From Candidatus Eiseniibacteriota bacterium (GTDB taxonomy: Bacteria > Eisenbacteria > RBG-16-71-46): a stretch of 64,000 nt of DNA. The notes under the pieces were generated by a model that saw only the letters and a list, made by a program, of their open reading frames with translations, had not been told where the DNA came from and made no database searches. The stretch spans positions 1,120,001 through 1,184,000 of the forward strand of contig CAVSAC010000012.1 of assembly GCA_963725865.1 (NCBI GenBank), written 5' to 3'. Below, in pieces: positions 33,609-43,294 of this stretch (the first letter of the stretch is position 1; the number at the start of each line of letters is the position of its first letter). Both the position numbers and the translations under genes were made by a program.

Positions 33609-35399
33609 ATGAGTGATCCCACCACCCACGAGGGCGACGTCTCGGCGTTCCTCGACCACGCGCTGGCCAGCCTCGCGGTCGCCGGGGCCGACGGGTTCGA
33701 GGCCCAGGCCAACATGAAGGAGCTGTTGCGCGCCGCCACCCGGCACTGCCGCCGCCTGGTGGACGCCGAACAGGTCCGCGTCTGGGTCCTGCGCCGCGGG
33801 GGCCGGCGGCTGGTCGCCCAGGAGTTCACCGACGATGGCGACACGGCCAAGGTGGTGCGCCGTGGTCCCACCGATGGGCTCGCGGGCTGGGCGATCGCGC
33901 ACCAGAAGTCGCTGCGGCTCGCGCCCGGCGAAGGGCCGCCGTGGACGCCCGGCGAGGCGCCGCGGTGGACGCCCGGCGAGGGCCCCGGCTACCAGTCGGC
34001 GCTGGTGATCCCGCTGTTCCGCCGCGGCGAGGTGTTCGGCGCCATCGAGTGCCTCGACAAGCGCGGCGGCGGCGCGTTCACCGACGCGGACTTCGACCAC
34101 CTCGACGCCGCCGCCGAACAGGTGGCGTTCGCCCTCGACAGTGCCCTGCTCCTGGAGGAGACGGAGCGCCGCGCGCTCGAGAAGGAGGTGCTGCTCGAGG
34201 TCTCCAAGACGCTCTCGGGACGGCTCGACCTCGACGATGTCATCGAGGCGATCTTCACCTCGCTGCGCGAGGTGGTGAACTTCGACGCCGGGGCGGTCTA
34301 CCTGATGAACCGCGCGACGCAGGTGCTCGGCGTCGTCAGCTCGGTCGGATACCCCGAGGGCTCCGATCACGCGTTCGGACTCCAGGTCGGGCAGGGAATC
34401 GTCGGCTGGGTGGCGAAGACCGGCGAGCCAGTGATCGTGCCCGACGTCAAGCGCGACCCGCGCTACGTCGCGGCGCGCGTCAGCACCCGCAGCGAGCTGG
34501 CCGCGCCGCTACGGGTCGGCGGGCGGACGGTCGGCGTGTTCAACCTCGAAAGCGACCTCGACGACGCGTACCACGAGGGCCACCTCGAGCTGCTGTCGGC
34601 GTTCGCGGCCCAGGCCGCGATCGCGATCGAGCGTGCCCAGATGATGCGCGATCTGGTCGAGCGGCGGCGGCTCGAGAAGGAGCTGGCGATCGCGCGCGAG
34701 ATCCAGCTGTCGTTCCTGCCCGAGCGCGCGCCCGTGATCCCCGGCTTCGAGCTGGCCGGTGCCGCCCTGCCGCACGACGAGGTGGGCGGCGACTACTTCG
34801 ATTTCATCCCGGTGACCGACACCCGCATGGGGCTCGCGATCGCCGACGTCGCCGGCAAGGGGATCCCCGCCGCGCTCATCATGGCAGGCTTCCGCATGAG
34901 CCTGCTGGCCGAGGTTCGCAACGAGTTCGCGATCCGCGCGGTGATGCGCAAGGTGAACTCGCTGCTCTACGAGAGCACCGAGCGCGACAAGTTCGTGACC
35001 GCGTTCTACGGCGTGCTCGACTACCGCAACCACGCGCTCGTGTTCTCGAACGCCGGCCACAATCCGCCGATCCTGCGGCACCGCGACGGCACCATCGAGT
35101 ACCTGCTCGACGGAGGTCTCGCGCTCGGCATCATGCCGGACTCCCGCTACGAGGAGCGCCCGATGCCGCTGCGCCCGGGCGACGTGCTGGTGCTCTACAC
35201 CGACGGCGTGTCCGAGGCGGAGTCGCCGGACGGCGAGCAGTTTGGCACCACCCGGATCGAGCAGGTGATGGCGCGAATGATGGACGCGAGTGCGCAGGAG
35301 ATCGTCGACGGGATCATCGAGGCGGTGCGCCAGTTCGCCGGCGAGCGCGGCCAGAACGACGACCTCACGCTGCTGGTGATGAAGGCGAAGCTGGAGTAG
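33609..35399 (+). CDS. GAF-GAF-SpoIIE/RsbU PP2C phosphatase
   Basis: Two GAF regions; ELAIAREIQ, VGGDYFDF, ADVAGKG, NAGHNPP, LYTDGVSEA, DDLTL. Confidence 0.93.
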   Translation: MSDPTTHEGDVSAFLDHALASLAVAGADGFEAQANMKELLRAATRHCRRLVDAEQVRVWVLRRGGRRLVAQEFTDDGDTAKVVRRGPTDGLAGWAIAHQKSLRLAPGEGPPWTPGEAPRWTPGEGPGYQSALVIPLFRRGEVFGAIECLDKRGGGAFTDADFDHLDAAAEQVAFALDSALLLEETERRALEKEVLLEVSKTLSGRLDLDDVIEAIFTSLREVVNFDAGAVYLMNRATQVLGVVSSVGYPEGSDHAFGLQVGQGIVGWVAKTGEPVIVPDVKRDPRYVAARVSTRSELAAPLRVGGRTVGVFNLESDLDDAYHEGHLELLSAFAAQAAIAIERAQMMRDLVERRRLEKELAIAREIQLSFLPERAPVIPGFELAGAALPHDEVGGDYFDFIPVTDTRMGLAIADVAGKGIPAALIMAGFRMSLLAEVRNEFAIRAVMRKVNSLLYESTERDKFVTAFYGVLDYRNHALVFSNAGHNPPILRHRDGTIEYLLDGGLALGIMPDSRYEERPMPLRPGDVLVLYTDGVSEAESPDGEQFGTTRIEQVMARMMDASAQEIVDGIIEAVRQFAGERGQNDDLTLLVMKAKLE

Positions 35400-35422
35400 G
35401 CGCGGGCGGCGCGCGCCGCCGC

Positions 35423-35926
35423 TCAGTCCGCCGCCAGCCCGGCGAGCGCGCGGGCCGCGCGCAGCACCTCGAGCGCGTGACCGCCGACGCGCACGTGCCC
35501 CCACACCGCCGCGATGGCACCGCGCACGTCGACCAGGAAGGTGGTACGGCGGAACAACTCGATCCCCCAGCCGCCGATGCCCACCCGCGTGAGCACGCGG
35601 AATGCCGTCCCCGCCGCGCGCTCGGGATCGGAGAGCAGCGGGTACGGCAGCGCGAGCCGCTCGGCCACGGCGCGATTGGCGTCGGCGCGCTCGAGCGACA
35701 CGCCGGCGACCGCCGCTCCGACTTCCGCGAACTTCGGATGGAGTGCGCGGAACCCGCGCATCTCGCGCACTCAGCCGGGAGTGCCGTTGCGGATGTAGAA
35801 GAAGAGAACGAGCGGTCCGCTCCCGATGCGCGAGCGGAGCCGGAACTCGCCACCGGCGCTCGAGGGGAGCGCCAGATCGGGCACCAGGGTGTCGACCAGT
35901 TCCTCGGGACCGGCGGCGGGCGTCAT
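35423..35926 (-). CDS. Peroxiredoxin (BCP/AhpC-TSA family), probable selenoprotein (UGA at 35771-35773)
   Basis: Two ORF-track pieces are contiguous and in frame: GPLVLFFYIRNGTPG-UGA-VREMRGF; later GVS, LPYPLLSDP, RTTFLVD. Confidence 0.85.
35741..35764 (-). promoter_or_regulatory. Putative bacterial SECIS hairpin
   Basis: After UGA: GUGCGC-GAG-A-UGCGCGG-GUU-CCGCGCA-CUC; G-containing apical loop about 16-17 nt from the UGA. Confidence 0.6.
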
Positions 35927-36071
35927 GAGCGCACGATACGGGAGCGGCGTCGGCGGCGGCAATCCGCGCGAACGCGGGCGCACGCGGCCACGTTCCGGCG
36001 GCAGGCACGGCGACCGCTCCCTTCGCGGCCGGGATCACCGCACTTCAAGCGTCACATGAAGTGCCGGAGCC

Positions 36072-36100
36072 TTGACCCTCTCCGACATTCCCGATAGTCT
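36072..36100 (+). promoter_or_regulatory. Sigma70-like promoter of the M50-trpS-scpAB-rluB operon
   Basis: TTGACC-17 bp-TAGTCT. Confidence 0.6.
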
Positions 36101-36141
36101 GGCCCGCACTTCGCTTCCCACCCCGTACCCGGAGCACCTCC

Positions 36142-36798
36142 GTGAGCGTCGATCCGCTGCTCGTCGCCATGATCCCCGTCTGCGTGCTGAGCGTCATCGT
36201 GCACGAGTGCGCGCACGGGCTGGCCGCGCTGTGGCAGGGGGACACGACCGCTCGCGACCGCGGTCGCCTCACGCTCAACCCGCTGCCGCATTTGGACCTG
36301 GTGGGCTCGCTGCTGCTGCCGTCGGTGCTGCTCCTGCTCCGCTCGCCGCTGCTGTTCGGTTGGGCGAAGCCGGTCCCGGTGGACGCCTCGCGACTGCGTC
36401 ATCCGCGCGATGGGATGGTCGGGGTCGCGCTCGCGGGGCCGGCGTCGAACGCGCTGCTCGCGCTGGCGTTCGGCGCGCTCGCGCGACTCGCGCCCGCGAG
36501 CGGCTTCTTCGCGCCGCTGCGCGACATCGGTCTGATCGGCGTCGTGTTCAACTGCGCGCTCGGCCTGTTCAACCTGATCCCGATCCCGCCGCTCGACGGC
36601 TCCTGGGTGCTCATGCGCTTCCTGCCGCTGCGGCACATCCTTGCGCTGCGCACGTTCCGCTTCGTCGGGATGGCGCTGGTGGCGCTGCTGCTGTGGTCGC
36701 CGCTCACGTCGGGTCCGCTGTTCCACGCCCCGCTGCGCGCGGTGGTGACCGCGTGCCTGCACCTCTACGGTCTGCCGACCGCGGCGCTGCCGCTGTGA
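36142..36798 (+). CDS. Site-2 protease (peptidase M50)
   Basis: HECAH, GRLTLNPL, GWAKPVPV, AGPASN, FNLIPIPPLDG. Confidence 0.95.
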   Translation: MSVDPLLVAMIPVCVLSVIVHECAHGLAALWQGDTTARDRGRLTLNPLPHLDLVGSLLLPSVLLLLRSPLLFGWAKPVPVDASRLRHPRDGMVGVALAGPASNALLALAFGALARLAPASGFFAPLRDIGLIGVVFNCALGLFNLIPIPPLDGSWVLMRFLPLRHILALRTFRFVGMALVALLLWSPLTSGPLFHAPLRAVVTACLHLYGLPTAALPL

Positions 36799-37841
36799 CG
36801 CCGGGGCGGATCCTCTCGGGCATGCGTCCCACCGGACGACTGCACCTCGGCAACTTCGTCGGCGCGCTCGAGAACTGGGTGCACCTGCAGGACTCGGGCT
36901 GGCAGAGCTTCCACATGGTGGCCGACTGGCACATGCTGACCACCGGCTACGAGGACACCTCGCGCCTGCAATCGGACACCTACGAGATGGTGCTCGACTG
37001 GCTCGCCGCGGGCATCGATCCCAAGCGCAGCGTGATCTTCGTGCAGTCCGAGGTGAAGGAGCACGCCGAGCTGCACCTGCTGCTCTCGATGCTGGTCTCG
37101 AAGGCGACGCTCGAGCGGGTGCCGACGCTCAAGGAGCAGGTCGAGGACCTGCACCTCGACCTCCAGACCATCTCCTACGGGCACCTCGGCTACCCGGTGC
37201 TGCAGGCCGCCGACATCCTCATGTACAAGGCGAGCCACGTTCCGGTCGGCCGCGACCAGGTGCCCCACGTCGAGCTCACGCGCGAGCTCGCGCGGCGCTT
37301 CAACTTCGTGTACTGCCGCGACCGCGCGCCGGTGTTCCTGGAGCCCGACGAGCTGCTCACCGAGTTCCCGCGACTGCGCGGGCTCGACGGCAATCGCATG
37401 AGCAAGTCGGTCGGCAACACCATCCTGCTGGCCGAGGAGCCGCAGGACATCCTGACCAAGGTGATGAGCGCGTACACGGACCCGAAGAAGCTGCGCAAGG
37501 ACGATCCGGGACGCCCGGAGGCCGACCCCACCGACGGCCACCCCGGATGCGTGGTGTACGAGTACCATCGCAAGTTCAATCCCGGCGAGGCCGCCGACGT
37601 GGCGAGCCGCTGCCGCGCGGGCACGCTCGGGTGCGTGGCCGACAAGCAGCACCTCGCGCAGAAGCTGGCCGAGTACCTCGCGCCGATCCGCGAGCAACGC
37701 GCGCGCTGGGCGGCCGACCCGGACGCGGTGCGCGACGTCATCCGCGACGGCAACGCGCGGGCGCGGACGGTGGCGCGGGCGACCATGGAGCAGGTGCGCG
37801 AGGCGATGGGCCTCGCGTCGGACCGTGAGGTGCGGGCATGA
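36795..37841 (+). CDS. trpS: Tryptophan--tRNA ligase
   Basis: SGMRPTGRLHLGN, YPVLQAADI, VPVGRDQ, RMSKS; GTG start overlaps the previous stop. Confidence 0.97.
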   Translation: MTPGRILSGMRPTGRLHLGNFVGALENWVHLQDSGWQSFHMVADWHMLTTGYEDTSRLQSDTYEMVLDWLAAGIDPKRSVIFVQSEVKEHAELHLLLSMLVSKATLERVPTLKEQVEDLHLDLQTISYGHLGYPVLQAADILMYKASHVPVGRDQVPHVELTRELARRFNFVYCRDRAPVFLEPDELLTEFPRLRGLDGNRMSKSVGNTILLAEEPQDILTKVMSAYTDPKKLRKDDPGRPEADPTDGHPGCVVYEYHRKFNPGEAADVASRCRAGTLGCVADKQHLAQKLAEYLAPIREQRARWAADPDAVRDVIRDGNARARTVARATMEQVREAMGLASDREVRA

Positions 37842-38773
37842 GCGCGACGGACGAGCGCGACGAATCGACCGGACTGGCGCCGGGCGCCGACGTGCCGGTG
37901 GGGGAGTCGGACGCGGCCGCGGCCGCGACCGCCGCGCCGGCCAGCGCCGCGCCGAATTCCGCCGCGGGGAGCGAGCCGCCGAGCATGCTCGACCAGCTCC
38001 CTGGGCGCGCGGCACGCCAATCGGTGACGGTCAAGCTCGAGCGCTTCGAAGGGCCGCTCGACCTGCTGCTCCATCTCATCAAGCGCGACGAGATCGACAT
38101 CTACGACATCCCGATCGCGCGCATCACGCAGCAGTACCTCGCCTACATCGAGCTGATGCGCGCGCTCGATCTCGACATCGCCGGCGAGTTCCTCGTGATG
38201 GCGGCCACGCTCATGCGCATCAAGGCCAAGATGCTGCTGCCGACGCCCGCGATCGGCGAGGAAGAGGATGAGGGCGATCCGCGTGAGGAGCTGGTGCAGC
38301 GCCTGATCGAATACCGCCAGTTCAAGGAGGCTGCCGACACGCTCAAGGACCGCGAGGCCGAGCGCCGGCTGCTGTTCGAGCGTGGGATGGTGCCGGGCGA
38401 GGACGAGGCGGGGCCGCTGCCGCTCGCGCCGGCGTCGCTGTTCGACCTGCTCGACGCGCTCAACCGGGTCATGGCGCGGATTCCGGAACAGGCCGTCTAC
38501 GAGGTGCAGGGCGAGCTCTACGACGTCGACGACAAGATGAGCCTGATCGCCAGCACCGTGGCCGAGCGCGGCGAGGTGTCGTTCACCGAGCTGCTGCTCC
38601 GCTGCCGCGCCCGCCTGGAGATGGTCGTGACCTTCATGGCGCTGCTCGAGCTGGTGAAGCTCGCGCAGGTCGCCGTGATCCAGACCGAGAACTTCGCGGA
38701 CATCACCATCGTGGCCCGCATGCCGGAAGGGGACGAAACCCATGCCTCCCGTACGACTCCAAGCAGCGATTGA
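37838..38773 (+). CDS. scpA: Segregation and condensation protein A
   Basis: FEGPLDLLLHLI, DIYDIPIA, EFLVMAATL, TFMALLEL. Confidence 0.96.
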   Translation: MSATDERDESTGLAPGADVPVGESDAAAAATAAPASAAPNSAAGSEPPSMLDQLPGRAARQSVTVKLERFEGPLDLLLHLIKRDEIDIYDIPIARITQQYLAYIELMRALDLDIAGEFLVMAATLMRIKAKMLLPTPAIGEEEDEGDPREELVQRLIEYRQFKEAADTLKDREAERRLLFERGMVPGEDEAGPLPLAPASLFDLLDALNRVMARIPEQAVYEVQGELYDVDDKMSLIASTVAERGEVSFTELLLRCRARLEMVVTFMALLELVKLAQVAVIQTENFADITIVARMPEGDETHASRTTPSSD

Positions 38774-39572
38774 GGCGCTGCTCTTCTCCTCGGATCAGCC
38801 GCTGCCGCTGGCGCTGATCGCCGAGGCGCTCGAGGCCGCTCCCGACGAGGTGGCGGTCGAGCTGGTCGCGCTCGGTGAGGCCTACGCCTCGCGCGAGGCG
38901 GGCGTCGAGCTGCGCGAGATCGCGGGCGGCTGGCAGCTCGTCACCACGCCCGCGCAGGCCGAGTGGGTGGGACGGATGATGCGCGGCAAGCGCCGGATGC
39001 GGCTGTCGCGAGCGGCGCTCGAGACGCTGGCGATCATCGCGTACAAGCAGCCCGTCACGAAGTCCGAGGTCGAGGCGATCCGCGGCGTGGACGCGAGCGG
39101 CGTGATGGCGACGCTGCTGGAGCGCAACCTGGTCACGATCCGCGGGCGCTCCAAGGTGGTCGGCCGCCCGCTGCTGTACGGCACCACGCAGGAGTTCCTC
39201 GAGTACTTCGGGCTCCGCGACCTCGCGGAGCTGCCGCGGCCCGAGGAGCTGCGGGCGCTGGTGGCTGCGCGCGAGCCGGAGCAGCTCGAGATGATGGAGG
39301 TCGAAGTGGTCTCGCAGGTCGCCACCGACCTGCTCTCGAGCGCGGTGGCCGGCGACCTCGCCGCCGACCGGCACCAGATCGAACCGCTCGCGGCCGATGA
39401 CGACGAGTCCGAGCTGGCCGACGACGAGTTCGAGGACGACGAGTTCGACGAGGACGAGGACGAGGACAGAGACGAAGCAGACGCGGACGAAGAGGACGAG
39501 GTCCTCGACGAGGACGAGGCGCACGAGCCGCTGGCGCTCGAGCGTGAGCGTTCGGACGGCGGGAGCTCGTGA
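38742..39572 (+). CDS. scpB: SMC-Scp subunit ScpB with acidic tail
   Basis: IEALLF, LSRAALETLAIIAYKQP, IRGVD, GRPLLYGTT. Confidence 0.96.
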   Translation: MPPVRLQAAIEALLFSSDQPLPLALIAEALEAAPDEVAVELVALGEAYASREAGVELREIAGGWQLVTTPAQAEWVGRMMRGKRRMRLSRAALETLAIIAYKQPVTKSEVEAIRGVDASGVMATLLERNLVTIRGRSKVVGRPLLYGTTQEFLEYFGLRDLAELPRPEELRALVAAREPEQLEMMEVEVVSQVATDLLSSAVAGDLAADRHQIEPLAADDDESELADDEFEDDEFDEDEDEDRDEADADEEDEVLDEDEAHEPLALERERSDGGSS

Positions 39573-41338
39573 CGATCCGCCTCAACAAGCTGATGGCCGA
39601 GCGCGGCATCGGCGCCCGGCGCAAGTGCGATGCGCTGATCGAGCAGGGCGATGTGCGGGTGAACGGCGTGGTGGTCACCACGCTCGGCGTGCGCGTGGAT
39701 CCGGAGCGCGATCGCGTCACGGTCGGCGGCAAGCCGCTGCCGGGCGCGCCGCGCCATCGTTACCTGGCGATCCACAAGCCGGTGGGGGTCATCACCACGC
39801 TGTCGGATCCCGAGGGCCGCCGCACCATCCGCGACATGCTGCCGCCCGGCGTGCGCCTGTACCCGGTCGGTCGGCTCGATGCCGACACCAGCGGCTTGCT
39901 GCTGGTCACCAACGACGGCGAGCTCGCCCACAAGCTCATGCATCCGCGCTACGGCGTGGAGAAGCTGTATCGCGTGCTGGTGCGTACCCACCCGAATCCC
40001 GGCCAGGTCGCCAAGCTGCAGCGCGGCGTCACCTACGATCCCGGCGTGCGCAGCGCGCCGGCGCGGGTGCGCGTGCGCGACCCGATCACGCGCGGACACG
40101 TGCTCGAGCTCGCGATCCACGAAGGCCGTTACCGCCAGGTGCGCCGGATGTGCGAGGCGGTGGGGCTCGACGTGATCGCGCTGCATCGCTGGGGGTACGG
40201 ACCGCTGCGACTCGGCGATCTGGAGCGCGGCATGGCGCGCGAGCTGAGCGAGGACGAGGTGCGCGCGCTGCGCAATGCGTGCGCGGGCCCCGGCAGCACC
40301 GGGCCCGACGCGCGCCAGCGTGCCGCCCGCCCGCGCCGCCTGCTCGCGGGCGGCATCGGATTCGCGGCGTTGCGCCGCGGTGCACCCGACGCGAAGCCCG
40401 CGAGCGCGCGCCCGCCGCGCCGCTCCGAGCGCGGAGACCGGCCGACGGAACACGACCAGGGCGCGACGTCCGGCGAGGGCGAGATCGGACGACCACGCTA
40501 CGTGGACACCGAGCGCGTGCCGCGCGGTCGCGGTGACGAGGCGCGTCCGCCGCGCGGGCCGCGCACCGAGCGCGGCGCACGTTCCGAGCGGGGCGTGCGG
40601 CCCGAGCGCGGGTCGCGGCCCGAGCGCGGCGCGCGACCCGAGCGCGGTGGTGCGCGGCCGGAATGGTCGAGCCCGCGACCCGAGCGTGGCGCGCGGCCAG
40701 AGCGGGGCGCTCGGCCTGCGCGTGGCGTTCGACCTGAGCGGGGCGTGCGGCCGGAACGCGGCGCGCGATCCGAACGCGGTGGTGCGCGGCCGGAATGGTC
40801 GAGTCCGCGACCCGAGCGCGGCACGCGGCCGGAGCGGGGCACGCGGCCGGAGCGCGGCACGCGGCCGGAGCGCGGCACGCGGCCGGAACGCGGCGCGCGA
40901 TCGGAGCGCGGTGCGCGACCGAATCAGCGCGGGCCGCGACCGGCGTGGGCCGGCGGCCGCCCCGAGCGCGGTGCTCCGCCGGAACGCCGCGGCGCTCGCC
41001 CGGAACGCGGCGCTCGTCTCGAGCGCGATGCTCGCCCTCCGCGCGGTGGCCCGCGTTCGCAGCGCGCCCCGCGACCCGCGGCGCCCGAAGGGCGGCCGCC
41101 GCGCCGGGTGGGGGCACGCGTGCGCCCCATCGACTGGCGGCACGGCGCCAGCCCGATGGCGCCCGAACGACCCACGCGCGCTCCCGGCAGCCGGTCCGCT
41201 GCGGGTCGAAACCCGCGCGGACGTGGGGGCGAAGGCTCACCTGCGGGACGCCCGCGGCGCGGCGCGAGCGGCATGACCGGTCGCCCGGAGCGGAGCGGCA
41301 GTCGTCGCCCGGACGGTCGCGGTCGCCCAAGGCGTTAG
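39569..41338 (+). CDS. rluB: RluB/RsuA-family pseudouridine synthase with long Arg/Gly-rich repeat tail
   Basis: S4 domain (RLNKLMA..G..ARRK), HKPVG, PVGRLDADTSGLLL, EGRYRQVRRM. Confidence 0.92.
   Translation: MTIRLNKLMAERGIGARRKCDALIEQGDVRVNGVVVTTLGVRVDPERDRVTVGGKPLPGAPRHRYLAIHKPVGVITTLSDPEGRRTIRDMLPPGVRLYPVGRLDADTSGLLLVTNDGELAHKLMHPRYGVEKLYRVLVRTHPNPGQVAKLQRGVTYDPGVRSAPARVRVRDPITRGHVLELAIHEGRYRQVRRMCEAVGLDVIALHRWGYGPLRLGDLERGMARELSEDEVRALRNACAGPGSTGPDARQRAARPRRLLAGGIGFAALRRGAPDAKPASARPPRRSERGDRPTEHDQGATSGEGEIGRPRYVDTERVPRGRGDEARPPRGPRTERGARSERGVRPERGSRPERGARPERGGARPEWSSPRPERGARPERGARPARGVRPERGVRPERGARSERGGARPEWSSPRPERGTRPERGTRPERGTRPERGTRPERGARSERGARPNQRGPRPAWAGGRPERGAPPERRGARPERGARLERDARPPRGGPRSQRAPRPAAPEGRPPRRVGARVRPIDWRHGASPMAPERPTRAPGSRSAAGRNPRGRGGEGSPAGRPRRGASGMTGRPERSGSRRPDGRGRPRR
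40562..41035 (+). repeat. Imperfect 18-bp tandem repeats encoding RPERG[A/T/V/S]
   Basis: Roughly 20 or more units; the GGARPEWSSPRP block occurs twice. Confidence 0.85.
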
Positions 41339-41381
41339 CGCGGAGCACGTTTGGTGGTCGGCCTCGCCCACGGACCGGAAG

Positions 41382-42119
41382 GTGGAGGGCGGCAAGTCGT
41401 GCAGGAACGATTCCTGCGCATTGCATCTCGGTGTAGCTCTCTCGTCCGAGCCGGAGGGCGCGTTCCTCGTCCTCCGGCCACCTCCTTCCGGTCCGCATGG
41501 ATGCGCCGATCGCGGAGCCCGCAGCCCGGGCCCGCCGGAGTGGTCCGTGCAACTCGATCGTGTTCCACCTCCGCGGCCGCTGCCCCTCGAAGATCCGCGG
41601 ACACCCGTGCCGGCCGACGGTGTATTCGCAGCAGACCTTCACGGGGAGGGGGTCGGGAGTCCTCCGGTCCGCCGCCCGCGTCTGCGGTCGTGGCTGCTGC
41701 TGTCGCTCGCACTACTGACACTGCTCGGCCAGGGCGAGCGCTTCCAGGTGGACCGGCGGTTCCGGTCGCCCAGTTCCACGCTCACGACCTACTGGGACGC
41801 GCTGCGACGCGGGGACGCCGAGACCGCCTGGCGATGCCTGACCGAGGTGCGTCACGACGCGCCGTTCCCCGGCATGCTGTGGTTCCTGCCCGAGACGGAC
41901 TCGTTCCGACTCGACGCGTTCCGCTCGCTGCCGGTGACCGCGGGCCGCGTCATGGTGACGTACGAGGTGCGCTTCCGCCCGGTGGGACAGAGCGTCGAAC
42001 AGGAGTTCCCGACCGGCAACGAGCTGGTGCGCGTGCGAGGCGAATGGCGCATCGCGCGCAGCATCGGAGAAGTCTCGATGCCGGATTGGCGACCCACTCC
42101 GCGACCGGTTGACATCTGA
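41382..42119 (+). CDS. Hypothetical membrane-anchored protein with NTF2-like C-terminal domain (start uncertain)
   Basis: TM SWLLLSLALLTLLG; SPSSTLTTYWDALRRGDAETAW...LVRVRGEWRI. Confidence 0.6.
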   Translation: MEGGKSCRNDSCALHLGVALSSEPEGAFLVLRPPPSGPHGCADRGARSPGPPEWSVQLDRVPPPRPLPLEDPRTPVPADGVFAADLHGEGVGSPPVRRPRLRSWLLLSLALLTLLGQGERFQVDRRFRSPSSTLTTYWDALRRGDAETAWRCLTEVRHDAPFPGMLWFLPETDSFRLDAFRSLPVTAGRVMVTYEVRFRPVGQSVEQEFPTGNELVRVRGEWRIARSIGEVSMPDWRPTPRPVDI

Positions 42120-42138
42120 TCGGAGCGGCTCGTAGGCT
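42109..42138 (+). promoter_or_regulatory. Sigma70-like promoter of the porV-like gene
   Basis: TTGACA-18 bp-TAGGCT. Confidence 0.5.
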
Positions 42139-42178
42139 GCGCGCTCCGGTCGCCCGTCGGTTCGACCTCGAGGCTTCC

Positions 42179-43294
42179 ATGTCGCGCATCCGTCCGCTCC
42201 TGATGGTCGTCGTCGCCGCGCTCCTGGCGGCTCCGCCCGCCTTCGCCACCAAGTACGCCGGGGAGTTCCTCAAGCTCCCGGTGGGCGCGCGCGCGATCGG
42301 CATGGGGGGCGCCTTCAGCGCGCTCTGCGACGACGCTTCGGCGGCGCACTGGAACCCCGCGGGGCTCGTCTACCTGCCCTACCGCGAGGTGATGTTCCAG
42401 CACGCCGAGGAGTTCGGTGGACTCGCCAACCACGACTACGTCGCCGGCGTATTCCCGCTCGGCGGCGAGAAGGGTCACGAGCAGGCGCTCGGCGTCTCGG
42501 TCACCCGCTTCGCGGTCGACGACATTCCGATCACTCCGCGGCGCGGCGGACTCGTGGCGGGTCGCGACTTCCTCGACTACGGCACCGACAACGATCCCAC
42601 CACGCCGGGCGGTGGACAGCAGAACGGCGTCTGGGATCCGGGCGAGCGGCTGCTGCTGACCAACGACGATCTGTTCCTCGCGAGCAGCTCCGACATGGCG
42701 CTGTCGCTTTCGTACGCACGGCACCGCGGCACCCACTGGGCGTTCGGCGGCAACCTCAAGTTCATCCGCCAGAGCATCCCGGACACGCTGCCGGGCGAGC
42801 ACGTGACCTCGTTCGGAGCCGGCATCGACGCCGGCATGCTCTACATGCCGACCGACGCGGTCACCGTCGGCGTGGTGGCGCGCGACCTCACGACCACCTA
42901 CCTGTCGTGGAGCAACGGCACGCGCGAGAAGATCTGGCCCACCGTGACCACCGGCGCGTCGGTCCAGTTCCAGCCGGCCGAGCGGCACATGCTGACGTTG
43001 GCTCTCGACCTCGGCTGGATGTTCGAGGACCGCACGGCTGACGGTCAGCTCCAGATGGGTGGCGTGACTGCCGACCTGAGTACCGGGCTCGAGTATTGGT
43101 ATCGCAGCACGCTTGCCCTGCGCGGCGGCGTGAACGGCAAGGACCTCGCATTCGGAGCCGGACTGCGCTACAAGCAGGTCGGCATCGACTACGCCGCCTC
43201 GCTGAACCGCTTCTTCGCCGCCGACGATCCCAACTATCCGTCGGATACGAACCTCGACGTCACCCACCTGGTGTCGCTCGGCGTGAACTGGTGA
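42179..43294 (+). CDS. PorV/PorQ-family (FadL-like) outer-membrane beta-barrel
   Basis: Signal peptide; FLKLPVGARAIGMGGAF...WNPAGL; GLEYWY..LALRGG; terminal aromatic W. Confidence 0.85.
   Translation: MSRIRPLLMVVVAALLAAPPAFATKYAGEFLKLPVGARAIGMGGAFSALCDDASAAHWNPAGLVYLPYREVMFQHAEEFGGLANHDYVAGVFPLGGEKGHEQALGVSVTRFAVDDIPITPRRGGLVAGRDFLDYGTDNDPTTPGGGQQNGVWDPGERLLLTNDDLFLASSSDMALSLSYARHRGTHWAFGGNLKFIRQSIPDTLPGEHVTSFGAGIDAGMLYMPTDAVTVGVVARDLTTTYLSWSNGTREKIWPTVTTGASVQFQPAERHMLTLALDLGWMFEDRTADGQLQMGGVTADLSTGLEYWYRSTLALRGGVNGKDLAFGAGLRYKQVGIDYAASLNRFFAADDPNYPSDTNLDVTHLVSLGVNW

Noticed and set aside
40562..41035. Repeat array as a CRISPR
   Set aside because: Adjacent, degenerate, in-frame 18-bp units with no unique spacers and no cas genes.
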